Virus record (IMG/VR): IMGVR_UViG_3300037791_000006
Location: 2,530 to 66,529 of that record
Source of the DNA: a virus
Direction: 5' to 3' (one strand)
DNA: 64,000 bases
In this document: positions 9,467 to 18,786 of the stretch, one piece after another
Layout: every line of letters starts with the position of its first letter
Numbering within the stretch: the first letter of the stretch is position 1
Made by a program: the position numbers and the translations under genes
The notes under the pieces: model-generated
Seen by the model: the letters and a program-made list of their open reading frames with translations, nothing else
Database searches by the model: none
What the model was told of the DNA's origin: nothing

Positions 9467-9811
9467 ATGAAATTCCGCGACATCCCAGTAACGTCCATGG
9501 CCGACGCTGACACCGTGGAACGCACTCTCGCACAGGATCGCGAGGCGAGCGAACAAGATGCCGTGATGCGATGGCTGGCCGAAGGGCACCGGCCCACGGT
9601 CGTGGAGCGGGGTCGCAGTGCCCTCTTTGACGAGTTCGGCTTGCCGATGGAGAAGGCCAGCCACTCCATCACTGAGAGGACCGCGCGCCGCGTTCGAATT
9701 GCCCGCAAGTTGCAGGGCTTCGGGGTCACCCCGAAAGGTATCGCACAAGCCCTCGGGATGCCCATCACAAGCTATCGCTCGATGATGAACCGTTGGGGGA
9801 CTGGTTCCTAA
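9467..9811 (+). CDS. hypothetical HTH protein
   Basis: GVTPKGIAQALGMPITSY C-terminal HTH. Confidence 0.55.
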   Translation: MKFRDIPVTSMADADTVERTLAQDREASEQDAVMRWLAEGHRPTVVERGRSALFDEFGLPMEKASHSITERTARRVRIARKLQGFGVTPKGIAQALGMPITSYRSMMNRWGTGS

Positions 9812-11775
9812 TGCGACGTAAGCCTGACACCTTGTTCCTCGACATTGAGGTCTACTGGGACTTCTTCTACCTCGGGATGAAGCGTCTGAGCGACGGGGTG
9901 CGCCATGGCATTGAAATGTCTACACGCAACCCATTCGGGGCAGACAGGCGCGAAACCGTTCGTAATTTCCTCCTGCAATATCAGACCGTAGGCTTCAACA
10001 GCCTCGGCTTCGACCTTCCGTTGATATGGCTTTGGATCGACGGAGCGGACAACGACACGCTCAAGCGGGCCTCAGATCGAATTATCCAAGGACGTGTTCG
10101 CTGGTGGGAAGCTGAGGACGCTCTCGACATCCGCATCCCTTGGAAGATCAAAGATCAACACATCGACCTGATTGAACCGCAGCCGAACCCTTTTGCTAGC
10201 CTGAAAACACTCAACGGACGGCTCCACGGGAAGCAGTTGCAAGACCTGCCGTTCGACCCCGCACTGGTCCCAAGTCCGCAGGAAATGGACATCCTCGCGA
10301 ACTACTGCCTGCACAGCGACCTGGACGCCACGCACAACCTTTGGGATGCGATGGGCGAAGCCATTGAACTTCGCCGCAACGTGTCCGCGCAGATCGACAA
10401 GAACGTAATGTCGAAGTCCGACACGCAGATGGGCTTGGCGATCATCAAGAAGCGTGTCGAGGATAAACTCGGGCGCCGGATCAAAAAGCCGGAACCAAAA
10501 CCTGGTCAAACCTTCCGTTACAGCCCTCCCGACTTCATCGAATTCAAGACCCCGCAGATGCGGGACATCCTCGCGCACATCAAACAGCACGACTTCATCG
10601 TCGGCGAGAACGGCAAGGTTGACCTGCCGAAGTGGCTCAAAGACGCACACATCCAACTCGGCTATTCGACCTACAGCATGGGTATCGGGGGCCTACACTC
10701 GACGGAGTCCAATAGGGCAGTTCGGTCTAGTTCGACCCACGCTTTGTGCGACTTCGACGTTGCCTCCTACTACCCGGCAATCATCCTGAACGCCGGTTTG
10801 TATCCAGAAGCGACGGGACCGGCGTTCATTGATGTCTATGCTGACATCCGCCGCGAACGCATTGCGGCCAAGAAGGTCAAGGACAAGGTGACCGACAAGT
10901 CGCTGAAAATTGCGCTGAACGGCACCTTCGGCTCGCTCGGCTCCCGCTACGCATTCGTCTATGCCCCTCACCTTATGATCCACGTGACCCTTACGGGGCA
11001 GCTCTGCCTGTTGATGCTCATCGAGTGGGCCGAGGAAATGGGTATCGACGTGGTGAGCGGGAACACCGACGGCGTGGTCATGCGTTTCGACCGAGACCTG
11101 TGGGACGGACTCGACGGAGACCGCCCTCGCCCGTCGCCTGTTGCCGATCTGATCGAACGCTGGGAAAGCGTGACCGGGTTCACCCTTGAGGGGACCGAAT
11201 ACGAGAGCATCTTCAACCAGTCCGTGAACAGCTATTTCGCGATCAAAACGGACGGTTCTCACAAGCGCAAAGGCCCCCTCGGGAACCCGTGGTCACCGGA
11301 TGATTTCGACCCGCGTTCCCAGATGATGAAGAACCCGCAGATGACCATCTGTTCCGATGCGGCCCTCGCAAAGATCAAGCACGGGACACCCCTGGAAGAA
11401 ACGATCCGCTCCTGCCGCGACATCAAACAGTTCGTGACGGTCATCAAAGCGGACGGCGGTGCGACCTGGAACGACGAATACCTCGGGAAAGTGGTCCGCT
11501 ACTACTGGTCCGTTGACGGGCAGCCCATCTTCAAAGCGAAGGCCACGAAGACCGGTGCCTTTCCGAAGGTTCCGAAAACGGAAGGTGCCCGAGAGTGTAT
11601 GCGCCTGCCGGACGAGTTCCCCGACGACATCGACTATGCGCGCTACGTGGCCGAGGCCGACGCGATCCTCCGAGACCTTGGATATTACGGGGAAATCCAG
11701 CCTGACACCAAGAAGGTCCGCACCAACAAGCAAAACCGCAGAGCAGTCGATGCCGCTTGGGCGGTGGCACCATGA
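9811..11775 (+). CDS. family B-type DNA polymerase with 3'-5' exonuclease
   Basis: DIE and FNSLGFD exonuclease motifs; DVASYYP, KIALNGTFG, NTDG polymerase motifs. Confidence 0.85.
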   Translation: MRRKPDTLFLDIEVYWDFFYLGMKRLSDGVRHGIEMSTRNPFGADRRETVRNFLLQYQTVGFNSLGFDLPLIWLWIDGADNDTLKRASDRIIQGRVRWWEAEDALDIRIPWKIKDQHIDLIEPQPNPFASLKTLNGRLHGKQLQDLPFDPALVPSPQEMDILANYCLHSDLDATHNLWDAMGEAIELRRNVSAQIDKNVMSKSDTQMGLAIIKKRVEDKLGRRIKKPEPKPGQTFRYSPPDFIEFKTPQMRDILAHIKQHDFIVGENGKVDLPKWLKDAHIQLGYSTYSMGIGGLHSTESNRAVRSSSTHALCDFDVASYYPAIILNAGLYPEATGPAFIDVYADIRRERIAAKKVKDKVTDKSLKIALNGTFGSLGSRYAFVYAPHLMIHVTLTGQLCLLMLIEWAEEMGIDVVSGNTDGVVMRFDRDLWDGLDGDRPRPSPVADLIERWESVTGFTLEGTEYESIFNQSVNSYFAIKTDGSHKRKGPLGNPWSPDDFDPRSQMMKNPQMTICSDAALAKIKHGTPLEETIRSCRDIKQFVTVIKADGGATWNDEYLGKVVRYYWSVDGQPIFKAKATKTGAFPKVPKTEGARECMRLPDEFPDDIDYARYVAEADAILRDLGYYGEIQPDTKKVRTNKQNRRAVDAAWAVAP

Positions 11776-12587
11776 CTCCGCGGGACGGCGACACAATCGT
11801 CGTATGGTTCAGTTGCGGCGCAGCGAGCGCAGTTGCCGCGCATGAAACCCTGCGGCGCTTCGGGGACCGTTGCGATGTTCGGATCGTCAACAACCCGATC
11901 CTTGAGGAAGACGAGGATAACAGGCGCTTCCTGCGCGACGTGGAAGCATGGCTCGGGCGGAAAATCGAAATCGCCACGCACAAGGATTGGCCGAATGCGT
12001 CGTGCGAAGCGATCTGGGAGAAGCGCCGTTTCATGTCCGGGGTGGGCGGCGCCCCATGCACGATGGTCCTAAAGAAAGAGGCTCGCTATCAATACGAGTC
12101 TCGCATCCAGGTTGACTGGCACGTCCTTGGGTTCACCGCCGACGAACAGAAGCGATATGATCGCTTCGTCCTTACTGAGCGGGACAATGTGCTGCCTATC
12201 CTGATCGAAGCAGAGTTGACGAAGGTTGACTGCACTGCACGCCTCATTCGGCACGGGATCGCCCTGCCGAGGGTTTACGGAGAGGGTTATCCAAACGCCA
12301 ATTGCATCGGGTGTGTGAAGGCCACGTTCCCGACCTACTGGAATCTGGTTCGCAGGACGCGACCGGAAGTCTTCGCCGCTCGGGCGAAGCAATCGCGCGC
12401 ATTAGGGGCAAGGCTCGTTCGTCACAAAGGCGAGCGCATCTTCCTCGATGAACTGCCCGCCAACGCACGGGGACGCCCCCTGAAAACAATGGAAATCGAG
12501 TGCGGAATCTTCTGCGAAGAACACCCCGCGCGACAAGAGATAAGGGAGAGTCATTTCGACCTGATCGAATGGCTAGTAGCAGTATGA
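11772..12587 (+). CDS. PAPS-reductase-like (PP-loop, Cys-rich) protein
   Basis: VVWFSCGAAS PP-loop variant, APCT..LKK, NANCIGC, ECGIFC. Confidence 0.7.
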   Translation: MTPRDGDTIVVWFSCGAASAVAAHETLRRFGDRCDVRIVNNPILEEDEDNRRFLRDVEAWLGRKIEIATHKDWPNASCEAIWEKRRFMSGVGGAPCTMVLKKEARYQYESRIQVDWHVLGFTADEQKRYDRFVLTERDNVLPILIEAELTKVDCTARLIRHGIALPRVYGEGYPNANCIGCVKATFPTYWNLVRRTRPEVFAARAKQSRALGARLVRHKGERIFLDELPANARGRPLKTMEIECGIFCEEHPARQEIRESHFDLIEWLVAV

Positions 12588-12931
12588 GACTTGACGACAA
12601 TCCCATCAAATCGACCACCGCGAAAACTGCCGTGGTTGAAATCTTCATGGCCGGGCCGATTGAACAGGCGAAGAATTATCTATCGTCGCAGGCGGCAAAA
12701 TACGGCGCTTGTTGGTCCATAGAACCAGTGGAATTCATCTACACGGGAGGTCGGGAAAGCGGTTTCGTCGTTCGCTCTATCAATTACCCGCGCTTCCCGA
12801 AGGTCGAGGACGAACTGATGCTCGAAAGCGCCACCCTTGCCGAAGGGCTTCTGCTGGACCTGCACCAATCATCGTGCAGCGTGGTCGGCCCGAACCGGAC
12901 CCTTTGGCTTTCCCGCCGGGGGAACACCTGA
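12584..12931 (+). CDS. hypothetical protein coupled to the PAPS-reductase-like gene
   Basis: ATGA overlap; IYTGGRESG..INYPRFP motif. Confidence 0.65.
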   Translation: MRLDDNPIKSTTAKTAVVEIFMAGPIEQAKNYLSSQAAKYGACWSIEPVEFIYTGGRESGFVVRSINYPRFPKVEDELMLESATLAEGLLLDLHQSSCSVVGPNRTLWLSRRGNT

Positions 12932-13158
12932 TGACTTGGAAAATGGAAAACAAATACCGAGGCAAGTGTGATCGTTGTGGGAAAACCGTCAAGGCCGGGG
13001 AAGGTTTCCTGACGTTCGTGCGCCCACACTCCGTGGACTGGCCTCACCCCAAGGGAGTGCGTGGCGACATCGGCATCTTGGAACACCGCGAGTGCCACGA
13101 GAAATACGCAGGCACAAACGTCCACCACATCCACAATCCGGCACCCGCGAATGGCTGA
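12931..13158 (+). CDS. small zinc-binding protein
   Basis: KYRGKCDRCG...HREC; TGATG overlap. Confidence 0.6.
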   Translation: MTWKMENKYRGKCDRCGKTVKAGEGFLTFVRPHSVDWPHPKGVRGDIGILEHRECHEKYAGTNVHHIHNPAPANG

Positions 13159-13477
13159 TTTTGACCTTGGGGGATCGAACCGAGAGTCGTCAGTCGAAGA
13201 TGCGGTCGTAGCCTGGGCTGAGAACAACGGCTGGTTCGCTCGCTTCATGGCCTATCGCGGCCGGCGCGGATGCCGGGACGTGGACTTCTACGGCTATTCG
13301 TCAATCGTGATGATGGAATTCAAGAAGACCGGCGGCGGCGAACTCTCGGGAAACCAGATCAACGAACGCGCTCGGATGAGCAAAGCAGGGCTGATCGTCC
13401 ACGTTGTCGATTCCGCGGAACAGGGCATTTCGATCCTACGCGGCCAAATGGAAACCTTCGATCTATTGGATATGTGA
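13151..13477 (+). CDS. VRR-NUC domain nuclease
   Basis: ESSVE, GCRD, MEFK, LSGNQ, VHVVDS. Confidence 0.75.
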   Translation: MADFDLGGSNRESSVEDAVVAWAENNGWFARFMAYRGRRGCRDVDFYGYSSIVMMEFKKTGGGELSGNQINERARMSKAGLIVHVVDSAEQGISILRGQMETFDLLDM

Positions 13478-14046
13478 TGTTTGTGCATAACGAGATTCCC
13501 GTTGACGAATTGCGTGGCAAACTGCGGTATGACCGGCGCACAGGTAAAATCTTTTGGCACAACGAGTTCCGCAAGGGCGGGAGACGTAACCCTCTTTTTG
13601 GCAAAGAAGCGGGGACCACTGCAAAGGGATACGTGCAGATCGGATGGACAGTGCGGCAACGAAAAGTCTTTCTCGGGGGACACAGGGTCGCTTGGGCACT
13701 GCACTTTGGGGCATGGCCAGAGGGTCTGATAGACCACCTTAACCACGACACCATGGACAACAGGATTGAGAACCTACGGCTCGCCGCACCCGGCGAAAAC
13801 TCTTGCCACAGGCGCGAACTCCGGGGCGCGACACCTTACAAGGGTGTATATTATATGTCAGCGAAGGGTCGATTTGCAGCGCAAATCAAAGTGTCGGGCA
13901 AACACACATGGCTAGGTCTATATGAAACAGCGATGGGTGCCGCGTATGCCTATGACGCGGCTGCCGTGAGAATGCACGGCAACTTCGCATTAACGAACCA
14001 TCACCTCGGGCTATTACCACACACAGACTGGATCACAGCACCATGA
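13477..14046 (+). CDS. HNH-AP2 homing endonuclease
   Basis: HRVAW...IDHLNHDTMDNRIENLR HNH plus C-terminal AP2 (LGLYETAMGAAYAYD). Confidence 0.85.
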   Translation: MFVHNEIPVDELRGKLRYDRRTGKIFWHNEFRKGGRRNPLFGKEAGTTAKGYVQIGWTVRQRKVFLGGHRVAWALHFGAWPEGLIDHLNHDTMDNRIENLRLAAPGENSCHRRELRGATPYKGVYYMSAKGRFAAQIKVSGKHTWLGLYETAMGAAYAYDAAAVRMHGNFALTNHHLGLLPHTDWITAP

Positions 14047-15467
14047 ACAAACTCAGACGCCGTTCTGCCCTGCGGGACAAACAACATTTGATCTACGACT
14101 ACATAATCCAGAACGATGCACATTTGATCGTTTCCGCGATGGGGAGCGGTAAATCAGGGGCTACTCTGACCGCAATCCGCGACCTCTTGGATATGTTCGC
14201 GATCCGGCACGTCTTGGTGATTGCCCCGAAGTTCGTGGCCCAGAGAACCTGGCCGGACGAGATTGAAACTTGGGAACACACCCGCTGCATGTCCTATGCC
14301 GTGGCTGTCCATGACAATCCGAAGAAGCGCGCCGAGGCGATCGAGGAACGGGCCGAGATCACCCTCATCAACTTCGAAAGCCTGCAATGGCTCGCGAAGC
14401 ATCTCGGCACGATCAACAACTGGTATTGGGATTGCGTCATCATTGACGAGTCCAGCCGGTTCAAGGCGGGGAAGAAACGCACGACGCGCGCCCGCGTCAA
14501 AGACGCAAAGGGCAACATGAAGATCCGCAAGGGCGGAAACATGACCCGGTTCGGCGTGGTCAGCACCGCGCGGAAAAAGATCGACCGCATCTATGAGCTC
14601 ACCGGCACACCTTTCCCGCAGGGCATTCACGATGCCTGGGGGCAGATTTATTTGCTGGACCAAGGCGAGCGACTGGGACAGTCGATGACGGCCTTCGAGG
14701 ACCGCTGGTTCAACAAGAACAAATACACGCACCAGATCAAAGAGAAGCCCGGCGCGGAAGGTGAGATCATGTCGCTGATTTCGGACGTGATGGTGACGAT
14801 CCCGCAGGAACAACTGGTGGAAGAACCGCTTTTCATCCCGGTGAAAGTTTCACTCCCCCCAAAGGCTGCCCGAGAATACCGGGATTTTGAGCGCACACTC
14901 TACTCGGAAGCCTACGATGTTGAGGCTGTGAGCAAAGGGGTTCTTGCGAACAAGCTATTGCAGTTTGCCAACGGGTCTCTCTACCGGGAGGACAAAGAGG
15001 TCGTGCCGGTGCATACCGCGAAACTCGACGCTCTCGGGGAAATCGTAGCGCAGTCACAAGGTGAAAACCTTCTTGTGTTCTACGGGTTCAAGTTCGACAA
15101 GGACGCGATCTTGAAGAAGTATCCGCACGCGGTCGTCGCAAACGAAGACCCAGACGCCATCAGAAAATGGAACGCAGGTGAGATTCCCATGCTTCTCGCC
15201 CACCCGGCCTCGATTGGCCACGGGACGAACCTTCAATACGGCGGGCACATTGCAGTTTGGTATGGTCTGCCGTGGAGTTTGGAGCTCTACCTACAGGCCA
15301 ATATGCGGCTCCCGAGGCCGGGGCAGACAAAGAGGGTTCTGATTTATCAGATCATCGCAGAGGGGACTTATGACGAGGATGCCCTGCGCGTCTTGGGGAT
15401 AAAGGATGCGCGTCAGGACATGCTGACACAAATCACGTTGCATAGATTGGAAAATTTTTCCACATAG
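14043..15467 (+). CDS. SNF2-family helicase
   Basis: MGSGKS, IIDESS, LTGTP, GTNLQ, QANMRLPRPGQ. Confidence 0.9.
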   Translation: MNKLRRRSALRDKQHLIYDYIIQNDAHLIVSAMGSGKSGATLTAIRDLLDMFAIRHVLVIAPKFVAQRTWPDEIETWEHTRCMSYAVAVHDNPKKRAEAIEERAEITLINFESLQWLAKHLGTINNWYWDCVIIDESSRFKAGKKRTTRARVKDAKGNMKIRKGGNMTRFGVVSTARKKIDRIYELTGTPFPQGIHDAWGQIYLLDQGERLGQSMTAFEDRWFNKNKYTHQIKEKPGAEGEIMSLISDVMVTIPQEQLVEEPLFIPVKVSLPPKAAREYRDFERTLYSEAYDVEAVSKGVLANKLLQFANGSLYREDKEVVPVHTAKLDALGEIVAQSQGENLLVFYGFKFDKDAILKKYPHAVVANEDPDAIRKWNAGEIPMLLAHPASIGHGTNLQYGGHIAVWYGLPWSLELYLQANMRLPRPGQTKRVLIYQIIAEGTYDEDALRVLGIKDARQDMLTQITLHRLENFST

Positions 15468-15531
15468 CACTTGCTTTTTTCTTGATTTAGTTTCACATTT
15501 AGTGTGCTTTTCAATCTCAGGAGTGAGTCTT

Positions 15532-16266
15532 ATGCAAAATTTTGGCGCGGGTGAAACGACCTCGGAGGGCGAGTCAGCGAGAGACACGCCCAAGGACAAG
15601 GTTACTCACCCGGAATTCGCTTACCGTTTGGGCGTTGCGTGTGAAACCCACCCGCATTGCCCGCCTCCCAACCATGGTCGCCTCGGTTGGATTCGCGACC
15701 AATTGAAGGTCCGCTTCGAGCAATCGGTCACCAATGAGTCCGTTCGCAGGTGGCTCGCAGGCGAAGCGCGCCCCCGCGTCGGGACATTGGCACACCTTGC
15801 CGAAATCCTCCAGGTCGAGGAAGCATGGCTCTCCGTCGGCACAACGCAGGAGAATGCCAAGGAACTTCGCGCAGCCCAAGTCGTTGAAAAGGGTGCCGCA
15901 ATGGTCCTCGCCGGACTGGTGCAGATGAGCGGTGGTTCACCGGCTTTCCCGAGCGACGAAGACGCTCGTGCGAAACAGGAGGGCGTTGATCTTTACGCCA
16001 TCATCCGTGGTGCCCAATACGCATTCCATGTGTCGGCGGGCCTCACAAAGGACAATGAGGTCACCTTCAATGTCCCCGTGGAGAGCAAGAAACTTGTCGT
16101 CCTCGGGGCTATTTTGCGCGATGATCTCACCTTGGAGTTCTACGAGCTGCCTACGGAAGTCATTGAAAGTTTCCCGGTCAAATCCGGCTCCCATCAGGTT
16201 TCGGTGCGTGCCGACCTTGAGGGCACTGGCCTGCGCAGAGTGAACACCCTCTCGGAGCGCATCTGA
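15532..16266 (+). CDS. XRE-family repressor-like regulator
   Basis: VTNESVRRWLAGEARP...LAEILQVEEAWL; AGGAG RBS; operator upstream. Confidence 0.7.
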   Translation: MQNFGAGETTSEGESARDTPKDKVTHPEFAYRLGVACETHPHCPPPNHGRLGWIRDQLKVRFEQSVTNESVRRWLAGEARPRVGTLAHLAEILQVEEAWLSVGTTQENAKELRAAQVVEKGAAMVLAGLVQMSGGSPAFPSDEDARAKQEGVDLYAIIRGAQYAFHVSAGLTKDNEVTFNVPVESKKLVVLGAILRDDLTLEFYELPTEVIESFPVKSGSHQVSVRADLEGTGLRRVNTLSERI

Positions 16267-16347
16267 GGGAAAACGATATAAAATCACCTTTTAAGTTGCC
16301 ATCATCACTTTAAAAGTGTAATCCTCCCTTCGACATAGGGGGGTTTG

Positions 16348-18198
16348 ATGCGTTTCGGAAGTGTGTGCAGCGGCGTTGAGGCGGCAAGCGTGGCCTTTTC
16401 ACCCCTAGGGTGGGAGGCCGCATGGCTTTCTGAGGTAGACGTGCCTGCATCCGCAGTCCTGGCGCACCGCTTGGGGGCAACTGAGCCTCGCTTTGGTCTG
16501 ACCGAAAAGGCGAAGAAGCGCGCCGCACGCATTAAGTGGGGCGAGGCAGTCGTAAACTGGGGGGATATGACCGTCCTCCCTGACTTGGTTCGAAGCGGCG
16601 AAGCGGAAGCCCCCGACGTGTTGTGCGGGGGAACACCCTGCCAATCCTACTCTCTCGCCGGGCGCCGAAAGGGCCTCGGGGACGAGCGCGGTCAACTTAC
16701 TCTGAAATTTGTGGAACTTGCCGATGAAATCGACAACAAGCGCGGCCAACGAGGCGAGCGTCCCTGCATCATTTTCTGGGAAAACGTGCCCGGTGTCCTC
16801 ACCGACAAAGGGAATGCCTTCGGAAATTTCCTCGCGGATCTCGCAGGCGACGACGAACCTCTTGAACCAGGGCCGCGACCTGAACAAGGACGGTCCTCTG
16901 CCCACTGGACATGGAAAAAAGCAACCGGTGAGCATTGCCCGAAGTGGCCGCAGTCTGGTGTTGTTGTTGGACCCCGCAGGACAATCGCATGGCGGACCCC
17001 AGATGCCCAATATTTCGGCTTGGCCCAACGACGCGCGCGTGTCTTGGTTGTCGCAAGTGCTTGCGAGGGGTTCGATCCCGAAACGATACTACTTGAGTTC
17101 GACAGCGTGCGTCGGGATTCTGCGCCGAGCCGAGAATCGCGGGAAGGAACTACCACCCCTGCTGAACGCAGCCCTCTTGCACGCCATTGGGGCAGCCGAG
17201 GGTTCGCCGACGCCTTCCCCCGTGGAACACAGCCTTTCGGAGACGTGGTTGCTGGCTGCGTAGCGCCCCAGTGGTGGGACGGGCGCCCGGTCAGTCAGAC
17301 CTTGGATGCGGTGCTGCATAAGGGGCAGACGATGCCCGAGAAAGACCGCTTCCCGGCGGTGCTGCAACCTGTGCCGATCCTCGAAGCGGGCAGCCGCACA
17401 GGCCCGGCCAGCAACAACAAAAAAGCAGGCATGGGTATCGGCGAGCCGGGCGACCCGATGTTCACGCTACAAGCCAAGGCACAGCACGCAATCGCCGTGG
17501 CAGACCCCATACCGTTCAACTGGATGGCAGACGGCAACCAATCGACACTGGGTTTCGATCCGACGGCAAAGGTGGCGGCAACCTTGGGGGCAAACCAGCA
17601 TCCCGCTTTCGTGGAAACACTGGCCTTCGATACAACTCAGATTTCGAGTCCCTACAATTACAGCAATCCGAAGATCAACGACCCTTGCCACCCTCTTGCC
17701 GCAGGGGCACACCCGCCGGCCGTTTGCATCACCGGTGACATTGCACACACGCTGACCGGGGAAGGTTTTGACGCATCCGAGGATGGGACAGGTCGAGGCA
17801 CACCGATTGTCACCGATCTCCCTTACGCCTTCCAGCCTCGGATCGGGCGAAATGGCCGGGGTAACATGGGGGCACTGGTCAACGCCCTACAGGCCCAGTC
17901 CGGCGAAACCGGCAAGGGTGACGCCGCACCTTGTGTTGTCGATACCCAAATGGCCGTCCGCCGCCTGATGCCGGTTGAGGCGGAACGCTTGCAAGGCTTC
18001 CCTGACAACTGGACCCTCGTGCCGGTCGAGGGCGGCAAAGACGCGGCAGACGGCAATCGCTACAAGCAGATGGGCAATAGCTGGCCCACCGAGGTCATTC
18101 ACTGGGTTGGGCGCCGCATCGACGCCCGCGTGCGCGAACTGTGCGCCGAAGTGCTAACTATCGGTGTGGAGGATTACGAATGGCTGACGGCACCTTGA
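16348..18198 (+). CDS. DNA (cytosine-5)-methyltransferase with long repeated variable region
   Basis: motifs I (SVCSG), IV (GTPCQ), VI (ENV), VIII (QRRAR), IX (RLQGFP), X (KQMGNS). Confidence 0.9.
   Translation: MRFGSVCSGVEAASVAFSPLGWEAAWLSEVDVPASAVLAHRLGATEPRFGLTEKAKKRAARIKWGEAVVNWGDMTVLPDLVRSGEAEAPDVLCGGTPCQSYSLAGRRKGLGDERGQLTLKFVELADEIDNKRGQRGERPCIIFWENVPGVLTDKGNAFGNFLADLAGDDEPLEPGPRPEQGRSSAHWTWKKATGEHCPKWPQSGVVVGPRRTIAWRTPDAQYFGLAQRRARVLVVASACEGFDPETILLEFDSVRRDSAPSRESREGTTTPAERSPLARHWGSRGFADAFPRGTQPFGDVVAGCVAPQWWDGRPVSQTLDAVLHKGQTMPEKDRFPAVLQPVPILEAGSRTGPASNNKKAGMGIGEPGDPMFTLQAKAQHAIAVADPIPFNWMADGNQSTLGFDPTAKVAATLGANQHPAFVETLAFDTTQISSPYNYSNPKINDPCHPLAAGAHPPAVCITGDIAHTLTGEGFDASEDGTGRGTPIVTDLPYAFQPRIGRNGRGNMGALVNALQAQSGETGKGDAAPCVVDTQMAVRRLMPVEAERLQGFPDNWTLVPVEGGKDAADGNRYKQMGNSWPTEVIHWVGRRIDARVRELCAEVLTIGVEDYEWLTAP
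16724..17263 (+). CDS. nested alternative-frame ORF, M.EcoHK31I beta-like polypeptide
   Basis: ~180 open codons across motifs VI-VIII with LSQVL...RYYLSSTACVGILRRAENRGKELP. Confidence 0.55.
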   Translation: MKSTTSAANEASVPASFSGKTCPVSSPTKGMPSEISSRISQATTNLLNQGRDLNKDGPLPTGHGKKQPVSIARSGRSLVLLLDPAGQSHGGPQMPNISAWPNDARVSWLSQVLARGSIPKRYYLSSTACVGILRRAENRGKELPPLLNAALLHAIGAAEGSPTPSPVEHSLSETWLLAA

Positions 18199-18686
18199 GC
18201 TCCGAACGCCGGTCGCCCGAGTTTTGGGACCGGTTCTTTCTCGACATGGCGGAACACGTCGCAACGGCTTCTCGCGATCCCAGCACCAAGGTCGGCTGCA
18301 TCTTGGCTGACAGTCAGCGCCGCCTCGTTGGGATGGGCTACAACGGGTTCCCGCGCGGTGTGAACGATTTGCCGGAACGCTATGAAGATCGTCCTACGAA
18401 ATACCTCATGGTCCAGCACGCAGAAGCCAACGCAGTCCTGCAATCGCCGGCCGCATATCTCGAAGGATCGACCGCCTACGTCACGCACCCACCCTGCGCC
18501 AATTGCGCGGGCATCCTGATCCAAGCTGGCATCAAGCGGGTTGTGACTTACCTACCCTGCCCGGAGATGGCGAAGCGGTTCGGTGAAAGCTGGGGGGCCG
18601 CGAGCGTGATGTTCTCAGAGGCGGGAATCAGCACGACATTCCTTGAGCCGAAGGTTGAGTTTTCTCATGGCGAAATAGGCCAATGA
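18180..18686 (+). CDS. dCMP deaminase
   Basis: SRDPSTKVG, GYNGFP, HAEANA, PCANC. Confidence 0.9.
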   Translation: MADGTLSSERRSPEFWDRFFLDMAEHVATASRDPSTKVGCILADSQRRLVGMGYNGFPRGVNDLPERYEDRPTKYLMVQHAEANAVLQSPAAYLEGSTAYVTHPPCANCAGILIQAGIKRVVTYLPCPEMAKRFGESWGAASVMFSEAGISTTFLEPKVEFSHGEIGQ

Positions 18687-18736
18687 AAGGGGGTCCGCTA
18701 TGAACAGGCGGGCCAAAAACCCGCAAAAGAGAACCC

Positions 18737-18765
18737 GTCGCTTGACCGCGGCGGGTTTTTTCTTT
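18737..18765 (+). terminator. intrinsic terminator
   Basis: AACCCGTCGC...GCGGCGGGTT followed by a T-run. Confidence 0.55.
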
Positions 18766-18786
18766 TCAATGAAATCAGCCCATTAG

